From assembly GCA_965153285.1 (NCBI GenBank), contig OZ229110.1: 64,000 nt of DNA; one strand, written 5' to 3'. How positions within the stretch are numbered: the stretch's first letter is position 1; each line of letters starts with the position of its first letter. The translations under genes and the position numbers were made by a program. The DNA comes from Podarcis tiliguerta. Its lineage: Eukaryota. Below the pieces are notes generated by a model, which did not search any database, was not told where the DNA came from, and saw only the letters and a program-made list of their open reading frames with translations. Shown in pieces: positions 39,187-49,029 of this stretch.

Positions 39187-42154
39187 TTTGCTGCTCCAGG
39201 CTTAGAGCTGTTTACTTTACACAGTTTTGTTCACCTCCCAGGCTAGACCACAGATGATTCACTTGCATCTTAACCATAGAGCGGCAGAGGATCAATCAGC
39301 TTAATCCAGTGGGTCTCACTAGCAGAACAAACAGAAGCCCCTCTGGGCTCATTATGGCAATTTATTTATTTATTTTTGTATAAGATTTATTGCCCACCAT
39401 TCACCATAAGGTCCCAGGAAAGCTTATAAAAATATAATCATACAATTATAAAAGCAAGTAAGGCAGTTTATACAACTATTAAAAAAACACAAGTAAAACC
39501 AGCAGTGAGGTAGCATGGAGGGGCAGAGACACCTACCTGACTTTCTGGCATGTGATCCACTGCCATTTACCAGGAGAGAAAAGGGGGATGGGAGGGACAC
39601 TGGCGTGGTGCAAACACACCAACTCCCAAAATTGCAGCCAGCTCACCTCTCCAAATAAGCAGTAGTGACTGACCTATCAGGAGGTCAGGTAAACACTTCC
39701 CCCCACCCCACTGTCCACCCCTGAGTAAAAGAGTTCCAAATAAAAGCAGCACAGTATAGGTTAAACAAAAAAACCTTTAACTGTCAAAGGCCAGGGTAAA
39801 GTGGTGCAGCTTCTATGCAGGGAAAGATATGACCCTTCACTGTTTACTTTGCAGCTCCAGAAATGGTGAAGGGGGATCCCATTGGTTCGGCAGCTGACAT
39901 CTGGGGCTTGGGAGTCCTCATATACATCATGTAAGTATGGCTGAAGAGGACGAATGTGGGAATCTGACAAGCAGGGGGGAAGAGGTGGAATTAGAAATGG
40001 ATGTCCAGAGCCTTCTTTTCTGACTCACCTGACCAGATTCACTTAAAGGACAGGATTATCCTAGACTCCTGCCTGCAGTCATATATCTCTGATGCACCAT
40101 AAAAACTTCAGATCGGTACCTCTGATCGGTACCGTGGAGGTGCTGTTCCTCCCTTGCAGCTGGGAGTGCTGGTTTGATGGACGAGTGATATTGTGCATGT
40201 GTGTGCCCTGCACTTTTATCTTCTATTTTGCTTGTCAGGCTCAGCGGACGCTCCCCATTCTTTGAGACGGATCCCTTGGAAGTAGAGAGCAGGATCCTGG
40301 CAGGGCGTTATGATGCCTTCAAGTTGTACCCCAACGTCTCCCAGAGTGCTGCACTCTTCATCCGCAAGGTTCTCTCTGCCCATCCATGGTGAGTGAACGG
40401 AGTGAAAGGCCTTGGAGGCAACGCCATGGGATGGGTGGCGAGGAAAAGTTGCCTTCGTAAAGAGCAGTGGAACAGACAGATCTAGAATCTGGGGGAGCTT
40501 CAAGGCAAGACTCAGATTACTGAGGTTTCTCTCTCTGGTGGCATTTGAGCCATGGGAATGGTGCTATGGCCATAGCCCCTGTGTCAAAAAAGCAGGTACT
40601 GCTTAGACTTGGATTAGTCTGGAGTTCAGTAATAAAGTCCTGAGAGCTAAATGAGCTGCTGAGGTTGAGAATTCCAGAGCAGATCTTTTCAGCAGTAGCA
40701 GAATGCAGTCTGAGTCCAGCATCCCTGAGATCACCATCACCCTTCATGTTTAAAGCGTTTGTACCAGGGATGGGGAACATCTGGCCCTATAAATGTCCTT
40801 TGACTCCCATCAGCCCTAGCCTAAATGGCCAGTGGTCAGGGATGGTGGGAGTTGCAGTCCCTCTGGACTAACAATACTAGGACCTGTAATTCCAAACCAG
40901 AGGAAGCTAGGTAGGACTGTACTCAGTCTCTAAAGCAAACTGACCATGCAACCCTAGGCATGTGTGCCTGGAAGTAAATTCCACTGTGCTCAACATGGCG
41001 TACTCCCAGGTACTCCTGGTGAGTGAGAATGGGCTGTTCTAGGAGATGAGAGCCCTGAGCTATGTCCTCAGTCCCCGGCTTTTCTGCTACAAAGTCTGGG
41101 TGTGACCATGTTTGGGGAAGGACTGTTGCCCAGTGATGGAGCTTGCGATTATGTTCTGCATGCAAAAACCATTGGCTTAAGGAAATATAGCTACAAAAGG
41201 GAGAGTTCCTGGTTGTCAAGATCCAGGTTTGAGGCAAGTAAGAGAACCCCAGCAGAGATTTAAAATCACAAAACACGCAGCAAATTAAGGCATGCCAAGG
41301 TAGGCTGTTAGACCTTTAAAATGTGCATCCTTTAAAGTGAGTTCCAAAGTTTCCCTCTTCCCCTAACATAGAAAAAGACCACATTTGGTATGCTTAAAAT
41401 GGTTTACATATAAACTCTTCAACAGTCAGATTCATGTGCTTTAGAAAACTGCACAGGCAGTAAAACTTGGCTTAGTTACAGTGGTGATGGTTCCTAAATT
41501 ATTGGTATAGGTAGAAGTCAAGAGCGGCTTGTGAGAGCCATTCAGCGAAGCTGGAGCAACCAGGTTAGCCTCTTCTCAGGTGGACCGAAGGAGAACAAAG
41601 GCTTGAATGCCCAGTTCCTCCCAAGGTGAGCTAAGCCTGGCAGGACAGCTTACTCTATGATCTTAACCCTTTAAGGCATTAATTAGACTTAAGAACATTG
41701 CCTATATGAGGCTGGTTAGCCCGCAAAAACTCCTAGGTTCAGTCATCTGAGTGTCCAGGTAGGGCTGGGAAGGGCTGCTGCTCCTGAGCTAGATGAAGCA
41801 ATGGCCCAGCTCGGGATAAGGCAGCTTCCTATATGTTGTCCACAGCTCATTCCTCCAGTCATGTTCCTACTTCCTCCTTGTTCTTCTGGGTCTGGGGAGT
41901 GCTGGAGAGGGGAAAGACAGCCTCATCCTAATATCCCTTGGCCTTGCAGGAGCCGCCCAGCTCTCAAGGACTGCTTTGCCAACCCTTGGCTCCAGGACGC
42001 CTACCTGATGAAGCTGCGTCGGCAGACCCTCACCTTCACCACCAGCCGCCTGAAAGAGTTCTTGGTGGAGCACCAGCGGCAGCGCAACGAGGTGGCCACC
42101 AAGCACAAGGTCTTACTGCGCTCCTACCATGGCGCCAGCAGCCACATGCCCTAG
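844..42154 (+). CDS. SPEG: SPEG striated muscle preferentially expressed protein kinase, 3' part (32 coding exons; 5' end lies upstream of window)
   Basis: 32 GT-AG bounded exons join in one open frame (7,430 nt, all phases checked). Translation matches remembered human SPEG throughout: Ig domains, FN3, kinase 1 (GRGAFS..HLDIKPEN..DFG), linker, Ig-FN3, kinase 2 ([20 protein letters not shown]), C-terminus [16 protein letters not shown]. Stop TAG 42152-42154. Confidence 0.97.
1683..1828 (+). mobile_element. tRNA-Ile-like-headed SINE with CR1-type 3' tail
   Basis: A box TAGCTCAGTTGG, tRNA-Ile-like body, tail GGACTAAATGACC..GGTCCCTTCCAAGTCTATGAGTCTATG. Confidence 0.85.
5262..5420 (+). CDS. SPEG: SPEG exon ([11 protein letters not shown]...PVVTWTRF)
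   Basis: ttgcag|ATG; TCG|gtaata; phase 1-1. Confidence 0.95.
6248..6437 (+). CDS. SPEG: SPEG exon (GQPVQEGE...[13 protein letters not shown])
   Basis: atgcag|GCC; GAT|gtgagt; phase 1-2. Confidence 0.93.
8538..8767 (+). CDS. SPEG: SPEG exon ([14 protein letters not shown]...SSDDRRMMQ)
   Basis: ttgcag|CTC; AGT|gtaggc; phase 2-1. Confidence 0.95.
9760..9879 (+). CDS. SPEG: SPEG exon (YKDVHRLVF...CYAHLYVT)
   Basis: ctgcag|ACA; CAG|gtaagg; phase 1-1. Confidence 0.95.
10293..10736 (-). mobile_element. 5'-truncated L1-clade LINE with 18-bp target-site duplication
   Basis: AGCCCCACACATCTTCTC at 10275-10292 and 10737-10754; T-rich tail at left; open ORF2-like C-terminus [26 protein letters not shown]. 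Confidence 0.88.
11330..11434 (+). CDS. SPEG: SPEG exon, FN3 N-half ([11 protein letters not shown]...WLDSAI)
   Basis: ttacag|ATG; TTG|gtaagc. Confidence 0.95.
11836..11966. other. assembly gap (131 N) inside a SPEG intron
   Basis: run of N; flanking exons join in frame, so no coding exon appears lost. Confidence 0.99.
12449..12655 (+). CDS. SPEG: SPEG exon, FN3 C-half ([16 protein letters not shown]...VQLLDR)
   Basis: tctcag|ACC; GTG|gtaagg. Confidence 0.95.
13429..13564. mobile_element. ~130-bp palindromic hAT-like MITE (family also at ~18150-18267, 36474-36602, 40766-40870, 45680-45790, 62865-62960, 63546-63690)
   Basis: CAGGG(G)TGGGGAACC..GGGAGTTGTAGTCC..GGTTCCCCACCCCTG-type inverted structure recurring in the window. 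Confidence 0.65.
13621..13744 (+). CDS. SPEG: SPEG exon ([18 protein letters not shown]...VTWR)
   Basis: ttgcag|GGC; AAG|gtaggg; not in ORF track, read manually. Confidence 0.93.
14910..15087 (-). mobile_element. tRNA-Ala-like-headed squamate SINE copy
   Basis: reverse complement is similar to 61629-61822. Confidence 0.75.
15225..15397 (+). CDS. SPEG: SPEG exon (SGVVLKD...PDDDQH...ISLELA)
   Basis: tgccag|GTC; CAG|gtatgg. Confidence 0.93.
15803..15915 (+). CDS. SPEG: SPEG exon ([11 protein letters not shown]...DIMWYK)
   Basis: ccccag|AGG; AAG|gtgagt. Confidence 0.95.
16559..16727 (+). CDS. SPEG: SPEG exon ([17 protein letters not shown]...SCKAELVVH)
   Basis: cactag|GAT; CAG|gtacgt. Confidence 0.95.
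17091..17248 (-). mobile_element. tRNA-Ala-like-headed squamate SINE copy (internally deleted)
   Basis: gaaccttggaccttttgcatg..ctctactgctgagctac. Confidence 0.7.
17967..18060 (+). CDS. SPEG: SPEG exon, linker + start of kinase 1 (..[14 protein letters not shown])
   Basis: ctctag|CTG; CAG|gtgagg. Confidence 0.9.
18984..19184 (+). CDS. SPEG: SPEG exon, kinase 1 N-lobe (GAFSYVRR...FAAKFIP...IIVME)
   Basis: cctcag|GGG; ends at U12-type donor GTATCCTC. Confidence 0.93.
19185..19371 (+). other. SPEG: U12-type (minor spliceosome) GT-AG intron in SPEG kinase 1
   Basis: 5' site GTATCCTCT; branch sequence TTCCCCTTGAC ending 19360, 11 nt before the intron end; no polypyrimidine tract; splicing restores [13 protein letters not shown]. 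Confidence 0.88.
19372..19432 (+). CDS. SPEG: SPEG exon ([20 protein letters not shown])
   Basis: atacag|CTG; GAA|gtaaga. Confidence 0.92.
19844..19921 (+). CDS. SPEG: SPEG exon, kinase 1 catalytic loop ([11 protein letters not shown]...HLDIK)
   Basis: ctgcag|ATA; AAG|gtgagt. Confidence 0.95.
20957..21001. repeat. (GTT)n/(GTTT)n microsatellite, probable retroelement tail
   Basis: direct reading. Confidence 0.85.
21650..22230 (-). mobile_element. decayed L1-clade 3' fragment
   Basis: minus-strand peptide [24 protein letters not shown] resembles the L1 ORF2 C-terminus; boundaries approximate. Confidence 0.5.
22545..22717 (+). CDS. SPEG: SPEG exon, kinase 1 activation segment (PENLL...DFGNA...GTPEFVGPE...TDVW)
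   Basis: ccacag|CCT; CTG|gtaaac. Confidence 0.95.
23890..23916 (+). CDS. SPEG: SPEG 27-nt exon (PVGVITYLC)
   Basis: ttacag|GCC; ATG|gtaagc; supplies kinase helix F. Confidence 0.92.
24270..24422 (+). CDS. SPEG: SPEG exon ([15 protein letters not shown]...VLVNDRL)
   Basis: tctcag|TCT; CCT|gtaagt. Confidence 0.95.
24967..24993. repeat. (AC)n microsatellite
   Basis: direct reading. Confidence 0.95.
25780..25822 (+). CDS. SPEG: SPEG exon ([14 protein letters not shown])
   Basis: tcccag|GAG; AAG|gtaagt. Confidence 0.94.
26117..26185 (+). CDS. SPEG: SPEG exon ([23 protein letters not shown])
   Basis: tttcag|ACA; CAG|gtaaac. Confidence 0.94.
26575..28798 (+). CDS. SPEG: SPEG giant (2,224 nt) inter-kinase linker exon
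   Basis: ccccag|CGC (RSQISYKC); GCG|gtgagc; inside the 792-aa ORF 26494-28872; SPEG motifs [46 protein letters not shown]. Confidence 0.94.
29602..29757 (+). CDS. SPEG: SPEG exon ([14 protein letters not shown]...YVLSES)
   Basis: tcacag|GTC; CAG|gtatgc. Confidence 0.92.
29962..30341. mobile_element. non-autonomous hAT-like DNA transposon (related copy ~6494-6855)
   Basis: termini CAGGGGTGGGAAAC / GTTTCTCCAGCCCTG; shared start aaccttttt(c)cagc..ccacatt with 6494. Confidence 0.6.
30457..30573 (+). CDS. SPEG: SPEG exon, Ig ([19 protein letters not shown]...WMK)
   Basis: acgcag|ACT; AAG|gtaagc. Confidence 0.95.
31126..31293 (+). CDS. SPEG: SPEG exon, Ig (DKNTL...CKDGRQLL...SSCTLAVA)
   Basis: ctgcag|ATA; CAA|gtaagg. 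Confidence 0.95.
31823..31945 (+). CDS. SPEG: SPEG exon, FN3 ([14 protein letters not shown]...YTLERKMD)
   Basis: taacag|AAA; ATG|gtatga. Confidence 0.94.
32393..32860 (+). mobile_element. L2 LINE remnant
   Basis: [25 protein letters not shown]-like ORF2 3' motifs, T-rich tail. Confidence 0.6.
32896..33060 (+). CDS. SPEG: SPEG exon, FN3 ([18 protein letters not shown]...GQGPYSN)
   Basis: ccccag|GAG; CAG|gtgagg. Confidence 0.94.
33120..33291. mobile_element. palindromic MITE (family also at ~2545-2710, 3198-3355, 11095-11263, 20045-20200)
   Basis: termini GGCTGTGTACACACCA / TGGTGTGTATGCAGCC; internal aactacagttccc/ggaactgtagtt inverted repeat. Confidence 0.6.
33462..34293 (+). CDS. SPEG: SPEG Pro/Ser/Thr-rich linker exon ending [17 protein letters not shown] (5' boundary 33462 or 33486)
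   Basis: 275-aa ORF; donor AAG|gtaaga is clear; two phase-compatible acceptors. Confidence 0.85.
35418..35657 (+). CDS. SPEG: SPEG exon, kinase 2 N-lobe ([15 protein letters not shown]...FVD)
   Basis: gtgcag|GGG; CAG|gtttgt. Confidence 0.94.
36947..36986. repeat. (ATT)n microsatellite
   Basis: direct reading. Confidence 0.95.
37140..37305 (+). mobile_element. CR1-type reverse transcriptase remnant
   Basis: [21 protein letters not shown] resembles SVLGPxLFNIFINDL..FADDTK. Confidence 0.6.
37470..37690 (-). mobile_element. CR1 LINE 3' fragment
   Basis: ccatgaatttgtctcatcctcttttcaagccatccaa..tttgtctgtcctgaat, similar to 60530-60690. Confidence 0.75.
38446..38669 (+). CDS. SPEG: SPEG exon, kinase 2 (FRYSEDDV...HLDLKPDN...DFG...GTLEYM)
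   Basis: ctacag|GTT; TGG|gtgagt. Confidence 0.96.
38982..39118 (-). mobile_element. tRNA-Ile-like-headed SINE with CR1-type tail (second copy)
   Basis: reverse complement is similar to 1683-1828. Confidence 0.85.
39139..39185. repeat. compound (GT)n(GA)n microsatellite (similar at 4636-4660 and 46255-46300)
   Basis: direct reading. Confidence 0.95.
39855..39930 (+). CDS. SPEG: SPEG exon, kinase 2 ([26 protein letters not shown])
   Basis: ttgcag|CTC; CAT|gtaagt. Confidence 0.95.
40239..40388 (+). CDS. SPEG: SPEG exon, kinase 2 ([11 protein letters not shown]...VLSAHPW)
   Basis: tgtcag|GCT; ATG|gtgagt. Confidence 0.95.
41950..42154 (+). CDS. SPEG: SPEG last coding exon ([25 protein letters not shown]...stop)
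   Basis: ttgcag|GAG; TAG at 42152. Confidence 0.96.
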
Positions 42155-43995
42155 CCGCCTGCCCTGCCGGAGGAGCCACAGAACATTCCAGCAGGGGGCG
42201 TGATGGGCCAAGTACCCACCCAGCCAGCCAGGGTGGGACTTGTTGATATACCTCATGGATCAAGAAGAGTCGTCAGCACTGGCTGCTGTTCTTTGCTCTA
42301 CCTACCAGTCCTGGAGGTAGCCTGGCCCAGAGAGAGGGAGCCTGGGGGCCGAAAATGGCAGATTGACAAGATTCGCTGCCATGGGGTTGGGTTCAGGGAG
42401 GTATGAAGCGCTGTGGGCCATGAAGCCATGCTGTTCCCAGGCCAAGGTCAAGGGGGGAGGAGAAAGCCTTGACGTTTCCTTGTCTAAATAAACTCCTCCT
42501 CCCCGTGGGGTTGCCAAGGGCCCTTCCTGTATTGTGCCTCTAGGGCTGCGTCTGTACCCTGCGTAGGTCAGGTGCAACCAAGCGCTCCCATTGACTTAAC
42601 AGCAGATGCAAAACATGCCGGCTGCAGCCACTGAGCAATGGGGCATCTCTTCCTTACATGCCAGGCTAAGCTGGGAAGATGACAATGAAGGATCAACCCG
42701 GAAGTATTGCAGAGAAGGCATTTCAGCAATGGAAAACTCCAACCCCCCCACCTGTGCAGCCAACATATGCAGTATAGGGAGTATAATGGATGTTTCTGGC
42801 CTCAGAGGCAGGGGCTGGGAGGGAAGGTGCACATTAAATCCACAGCACCCCTACACTTAAGACAGCAGCTAATAACAAAGACTGCTGGAGTCAAGGGCTG
42901 ATGGTACTTTCCCTGGGGTTCCTCTCCACTCACCTCTGCTTGGGTATCCAGAAGAAGCCAATCATGTGAGGCACCCACCAGTTTTTCCCTGTTTACATAC
43001 CTACCATCTCACAATGCCTCTTCTTTGCTGCTGCCTTCCTTGTTTTTTCCTGACATGGATACACGCAGCCCAGTCCTACCTTAAGCTTCAGTACCAGTGC
43101 AGAAGATAGATGCCTTCTCTCCCTGCATGCCTTTCTGAATCAAGGACATGCTTCAGATACACCACCCCCTCATACATTTGCCTACATGAGCCCTCCTCTC
43201 TTTCAGTGCTCTTTTGCCATAGCCCCTTCTGGCACCTACAGAACACTCACGATGGCACAGAGACAGGCAGAGGTCCTCCAAACATAGGCACCTTCTCCTT
43301 TTGCAGTCAAGCACACATGTGACCTTACATGGCCTCTGGTGGTGGGTGGGTTGAAGAGGACAACAGGGTGGGTTCTAAGTCCTGGGATGGGGGTAGTGGC
43401 CGTTTGTTTCTCTGCTCTTGACCTGTGTAGTGTCCATAGCAAACCAGACCTGACATACCCCACTGAGAAGGGTGGAGGCCATTTTGAAACTGAGAGTCTA
43501 CACGTTTTCACAGCTGCACCTTAGGGCAACCCAGGAGGGACAAACCTGGATTTCGTATGGGTAGGGAATGAAGAGAATGTACCATTGGCACAGAGTTGAA
43601 AGCAGACCTACCAAATGAAGCAGACCTACCTAACCAGCCCCACCTTGGCTGTGTGAATCCATGACCATGGTTCCCCATCTCAGTCTTTTCACCCCATGCC
43701 CCAATGTGTTTTGATTGTGAAGATGCTCGTTTCCCTGTGGCATGGAGCAAGCAAAGCAAACCAGGACTGCTTCCAGATGGGTGGCTTCCTAGCGCTAATA
43801 AATCATTGCTCTTCCACTGTAAGGTACAAGAGGAATTGCACACTATCAGGGATATTGCACTTTTCTGTATGTTCATCCTGCTATGTTCCATCCACACCAG
43901 TGGGTGTGACAGAGCTGCTGGGTGGGGGAGGGGGAGGAAAGATCTAATTCACCTAAGTGGCCATTTGAAGAAGAAACCTGAGTGATTCTTATAAA

Positions 43996-44092
43996 AATAA
44001 AATAAAAATCAGTTATTTATTTAGCGCTAAGCACTTCTTCATTAAAGTGTGATCGCCCATGATTGCTATGAAAGTGTTTCATGTTTGTTTTG
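43996..44092 (+). terminator. probable SPEG polyadenylation region
   Basis: AATAAA at 43996 and 44001, ATTAAA at 44041, followed by GT/T-rich tract gtgtttcatgtttgttttg at ~44074. Confidence 0.6.
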
Positions 44093-44654
44093 AACCAGAA
44101 GTGAAGACTGGAAGTGTATAATTAGGGTGGAAAGCACATTGCTAAAATGGTGGTGACTAGAAATATTTCCCCCCTTTTATTTTTAAAATTAGTGTTATAG
44201 CACTGTAGCACTCTTTAAGAAGCATGCCAATATTCACATCCCTATCCTAATACCCCAACAAACCAATAATGTTAACAATACTTACAACATTGTTTAAAAA
44301 CCTTATGCCCAAAACAAGTGCCACAAAGGCGCTTGACACCGTCTCACTGACCCACCCCTATTGCAAGTGAAAGGGAAGACGGACTGTTTTCAAGGAAGGA
44401 GCTCCATGCCAGCTGAGACGCAGGACCAACTGGCTGGGAGCCAAATGGTCCAAGCAACCCCAAACACCTATATAACTGCATGTAGGCTACTTTCTATAAC
44501 CTACCTCCCAGTCTTCAGCCCACCCCTAACTCCAACCCCACCCACCACACTATATGTCACCACAACACACTAGGTTCGATGGACAATATAAGGTGAGAGA
44601 CAGGACAACCCAGACGGGTTGGTAGGGAATCATCCTAAAAAATAAACATACCAA

Positions 44655-45090
44655 ATGGCTAGCTTAAAAGCAATTACACTAAATGTGAGGGGATTGGAAA
44701 CCCTGTTAAAAGAAAATGCATCACCTCGTATGTAAACACCATGAAACCACACAATACCTTCCTACAGGAAATACACAACCCCCACCCAAAGGAAGCAAAC
44801 TCCTGAGCAAATCCCACTTCAGTCATGGGTGGCACCTCACTCAGGAAAGGCCCGCAGAATAGCCATAATACTTAGTAGAGACCTAAATTTCCAAGTCACA
44901 ACAGTGCTAAAAGACAAAAAAGGCAGATTCATTTTTGCTAAAGGGGTACTAGATGGCAAAACTAAACTGACAATTGGCTCCATATATGCCCCAAACACAA
45001 AACAACTGGAGTTCAAACAGAAAACACTAAACAAATTCCTCTCCTCCTCCAAAGGGGAAGCAATCTGAGGAGGTGACCTCAACCTAAATA
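44655..45090 (+). mobile_element. L1-clade ORF2 APE-endonuclease fragment (frameshifted)
   Basis: MASLKAITLNVRGL..FLQEIH..DKKGRFI..SIYAPN..GGDLN motifs, with frameshifts and stops. Confidence 0.82.
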
Positions 45091-46254
45091 TGAGACATCC
45101 ATCCTACAACCCCCTGGGCAATCTTGTCTCACTGCCAGTCACTCAAAGTGAGAGGCAACCTTGCGGCCACTAAGGTTGTGGGAGTGTGTACACATCCTAA
45201 GACATGCCTTGTTCCACGTTACAATTTATATTTTAATGTCTGGCGCTGAGCAGACAAGCTTCAAGCCTGCCACACAAAAGACACACTTTGCATCTGATCT
45301 AGTACTTACCAGAAGCCATATTTTAAAATAAAACAAGGAGTGAAGGGATATCAATCATCCGAGATGAAGCATCAGCAAAGCACTGCTTAACCTTAACGCC
45401 CTCCTCCCCAGCATGGGCAGCAAAAGAAGCATTAACAATTCTCTCCTGAAGCACTTCAGCAGTGCTCAGCTTTGTAAGGGGCTTTTCCAAAAGCCTTCCT
45501 TCTTAGCTGTTCACAAGGGAGTGGGAGCAGATAAAGAGCCCCTTCTCCTTTTCTTTGGAGAAAGGAGTGTGTGTGTGTGTGTAAATATATAAAAAACTTC
45601 AACCCTCATCCAGTTAATTAGCTCCACTCCTTTCTCTAAAGAAAAGGAGAAGGCTCTCTCTCTCTCTCTCTCTCCCTCCCTCCCAGATATTGCTGGACTA
45701 CAACTCCCATCACTCCTGACCAATTGGCCTCCAGCTCCCACATCCAACAACAACAATATGAGGGGCGCCATTTTCCCCACCTATCCCTGACACATCTGTC
45801 TGCAGCTTCTACTCTTCTTGAATAGGCACTGCCCTAAAAGATAGATAAAGTCCCCTCCCTGGCAAAGGGGGGGGGGGGAATCGACGCCTTCAGTTTTCAC
45901 TGACTCACTCACCGGTGCTAGAGTCAGGGATGGCTGTACTAGTAGGCAGAGCGAAACTTCCTCTCAGGCAGCTGATTCAGAGTTTGCTGAAAGGTCAGCA
46001 CATTTGTAAGTTCTTTAATTCATTATTGCATTTATTTATTTTTTTACTACCAGGGAAGCAGGGAGGTGTAGGGCTGGAAAAGACTCCTGCCTGAAACCCT
46101 GGAGAGCCATAACCGCTGCTGGTCAGCCCAGAGAATCCTGAGTTACATAGGCTGACCAGTGGTCTGACTCTGTATAAGGCAGCTTCCTGGGTTCTGTTGT
46201 AATTTATGTTGCAGTACTGAGGTCAGAACTGCTTGTTCGTTTCCTCGCAACAAC

Positions 46255-46300
<46 letters not shown>

Positions 46301-47750
46301 CCCCAAACTACTGGGATAAGAAATTGGAGATACTTCTCCCAAGCCCAGGTCGCTGCTGTTAGAACATTCTCTCACATTCCGGGATGGATGCCATTCTGGA
46401 AACTGTAGTGCACTTGACACCTCACTAACTCCTCAGGGACGCTTGAGCTACTACTGTACGTCCTTCGGGTTTCTCTTTTAAACCAGACATCATACTAGCG
46501 AGTACCAAAGAAGCTATGCAGAAGCTGTGAGACTAGAATACAAGTCCTAAAGCATAATCCAAATTATTTTATCAGGTTAAACGTGAAGGAAAATGCATAA
46601 TCAATCAGATATTGTAGCCAATCGGCAGTCCAAAGACGTGGCCATGCGAGTCTGTTGCAGTCTTGTGGCACCTTAAAGACTATCACTTTCTTTATGGCAT
46701 TGGCCAGCTGTGGAGAACCTCGTATCTGGGGATTGAATGCAATCCTTCAGGTCTCCCTATCTGCCCCTCCTCAGGCCACTCCCCTTAGGCCACTCACCTC
46801 ATCTTTCTTGTCTGGCTGGAATGTGTCCTTGAACTCTGACCATGCCTCTTGACAATGGATGGTCTTTCCCTGGTTACTCATCCTCCATTTTATCATTTTA
46901 CTGATAAGAAATACATTGGAAAACAAAAAGAAACAACTCCTAGCAGTGCTTGAGTTATGCACAGATCATAGTTGGGGCCCTGACCTGGACTCTGTACCCC
47001 ACTTATTGATGGCGCTACGTAAATAAGAAATGTGGCATCATCAACAACAATAATAATAGTAATAATAACTGAGCAGAATATTTGGGTTTATACAATATAT
47101 TTGGGTTTATACAACTGTGCTCCTGCTCTGGAAAATCCACATTCAACCTACTTTCCCTATCAGGACAACTGGGCTGTGGTTCAAAGCACATCCACCTTTG
47201 GCAGCCAATTGTACAACTGAAATAAACAGAAGTAGCTGCACAGAAGTGGTATGGAAGAAGCTTTCCCAGGCTTGAAACCAGGCAACAGAGGAGATCTGCT
47301 ATTGCTGCAGCTCTATAGCAGAAGTTAAATAAATCCTAAACTCCAAAGCAAGGCAGCAGTGTTCAGAAAAAGGCAATGTGGAAAACATGCTATGATGATG
47401 GAACCCTTTCTAAGAATCTTGAAATAAACAGGGCTTGTTTTTTTTAAAAAAAGATTTAATTAAAGATCAGATCTAATCAGGACATAATATAACCCATGTT
47501 AACAAGGAAATTAAACATTTTAAAAAGAAGCTACAGGGAGGATCAATATCTACAACAAGGGAAACAGATTTCCTGTCTTGCACGTCAAACTAGTATTTTA
47601 ATAAACTAAAATTTTAATAAACTAACGTTTTAATAGCATTGGGACTTTCCGTGGTGTAGTGATAAATTCTGCAGGAGCTCTTCATGATAACCACCGTAGC
47701 CACATCTCTTCAAGATTATACAACAAAAATGAATAATTGGCCAAAGCAGA

Positions 47751-47882
47751 CATAGAACCATAGAGTTGGAAGGGACCACGAGGGTCATCTAGTTCAACCC
47801 CCTGCAATGCAGGAATGTTTTGCCCAATGTGGGGCTCCAACACATGACCCTGAGATTAAGAGTCTCATGCTCTACCAACTGA
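47751..47882 (-). mobile_element. tRNA-Lys(CTT)-headed SINE with CR1-type tail
   Basis: reverse complement gives TCAGTTGGTAGAGCATGAGACTCTTAATCTCAGGGTC.. plus the same tail. Confidence 0.85.
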
Positions 47883-49029
47883 TAATGGTTGCAATACCAA
47901 GTCTGCCTTTTCTCCTCCTATCCCCCCCACAAAAAAACCCTACTTTTGCTCAATGTCTAGCTTGAAGAGGAGTTCTTCTGGTGGACTCAAAAGCTAGCTC
48001 ACTATTTTGTGTCCTTTCGATAGCATAGTAAAGGGAATCTATTTCCCCACCAAAATCGAAATGGCTTTTTAACCCTCAGTCATGCATGCTAATCAGTGTG
48101 ACCCACCTCTTTCTCTGCTCAGCTCATTTGGTGGGTTTCTCTTGGAATGGGAAAAGCTTATTTATTTGGCACACAAAGGATTGGCAAATAGAGCCTGGGT
48201 ATGGATTAGAGCCCCAGGAGGTGACATCATTGTCCCTGCTGCGAAACAAGTGGAGAGCAATTTCTGGGGACGTGATTATTTTATTGGTTGAAAAAATAAT
48301 AACCAGTGCCACCTTTTAATTTAAATTAATAGCATAGCCTACCTTTTCATTCAGAAATGAAACGAAGATGGATAACAAGGCTAATCAGCATTCTGTCTAC
48401 TCCTGAGCATGGCAGTGCAGTTAAACTGCTTCAGGACCTCATGGTCAAATGGGCCTATTTGGAATGTGGATTGAATAAATCCATAAAGATTTCTGTACAG
48501 TAGAGTCGGCCGGCATTCTGGGGCCTGTGGACACATTTGCAAGCTGGAGAAGGTGAATGGTATGTTTAAATTGAAATGTACTATGTAAAACTTAATAAAA
48601 AATATAAAAGAAAAGAAAAGGACGTGCCTTGGGCACCACACGCACACACACCACAACCAAGACAATGGAAAGCTTCTTCCTAACCTAATTTCAGTGGGGA
48701 CGAGGTCCTGCAGTGCCATGGAAGGCCTCTGTGGGCACCTGTGTATTGGCAAGCACCACACTGGCATCTCCTGCTGTACTGTACAGTCACATAACTGCTT
48801 CAGCACAAGCAGGGCTTCCAAGTTGTCCTTGGCCTTGATCCTATGCCAGTAACTACCACCGGAAATGCAGAAATCAAACAGGTGACTTCCCCCCATTATT
48901 CTCTTTTCACAGGCCCCCTTTTCTTCTGTTTAAAAAAGTGCTAAATATCTTCCATACTATGTAGGACAACTGCGTGTCAGAGGTATACATAAATAGGTAC
49001 ATCCGTCTCAGCAAAAAGCAATTGAATCC

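Noticed and set aside
17742-47113. Short local tandem duplications (17742 taaagatttgcacaa x2; 35963 acaaactg; 40111 gatcggtacc x2; 43600 aagcagacctacc x2; 47078 atatttgggtttatacaa x2)
   Set aside because: Only 2-3 units with no spacer array; ordinary slippage, not CRISPR-like
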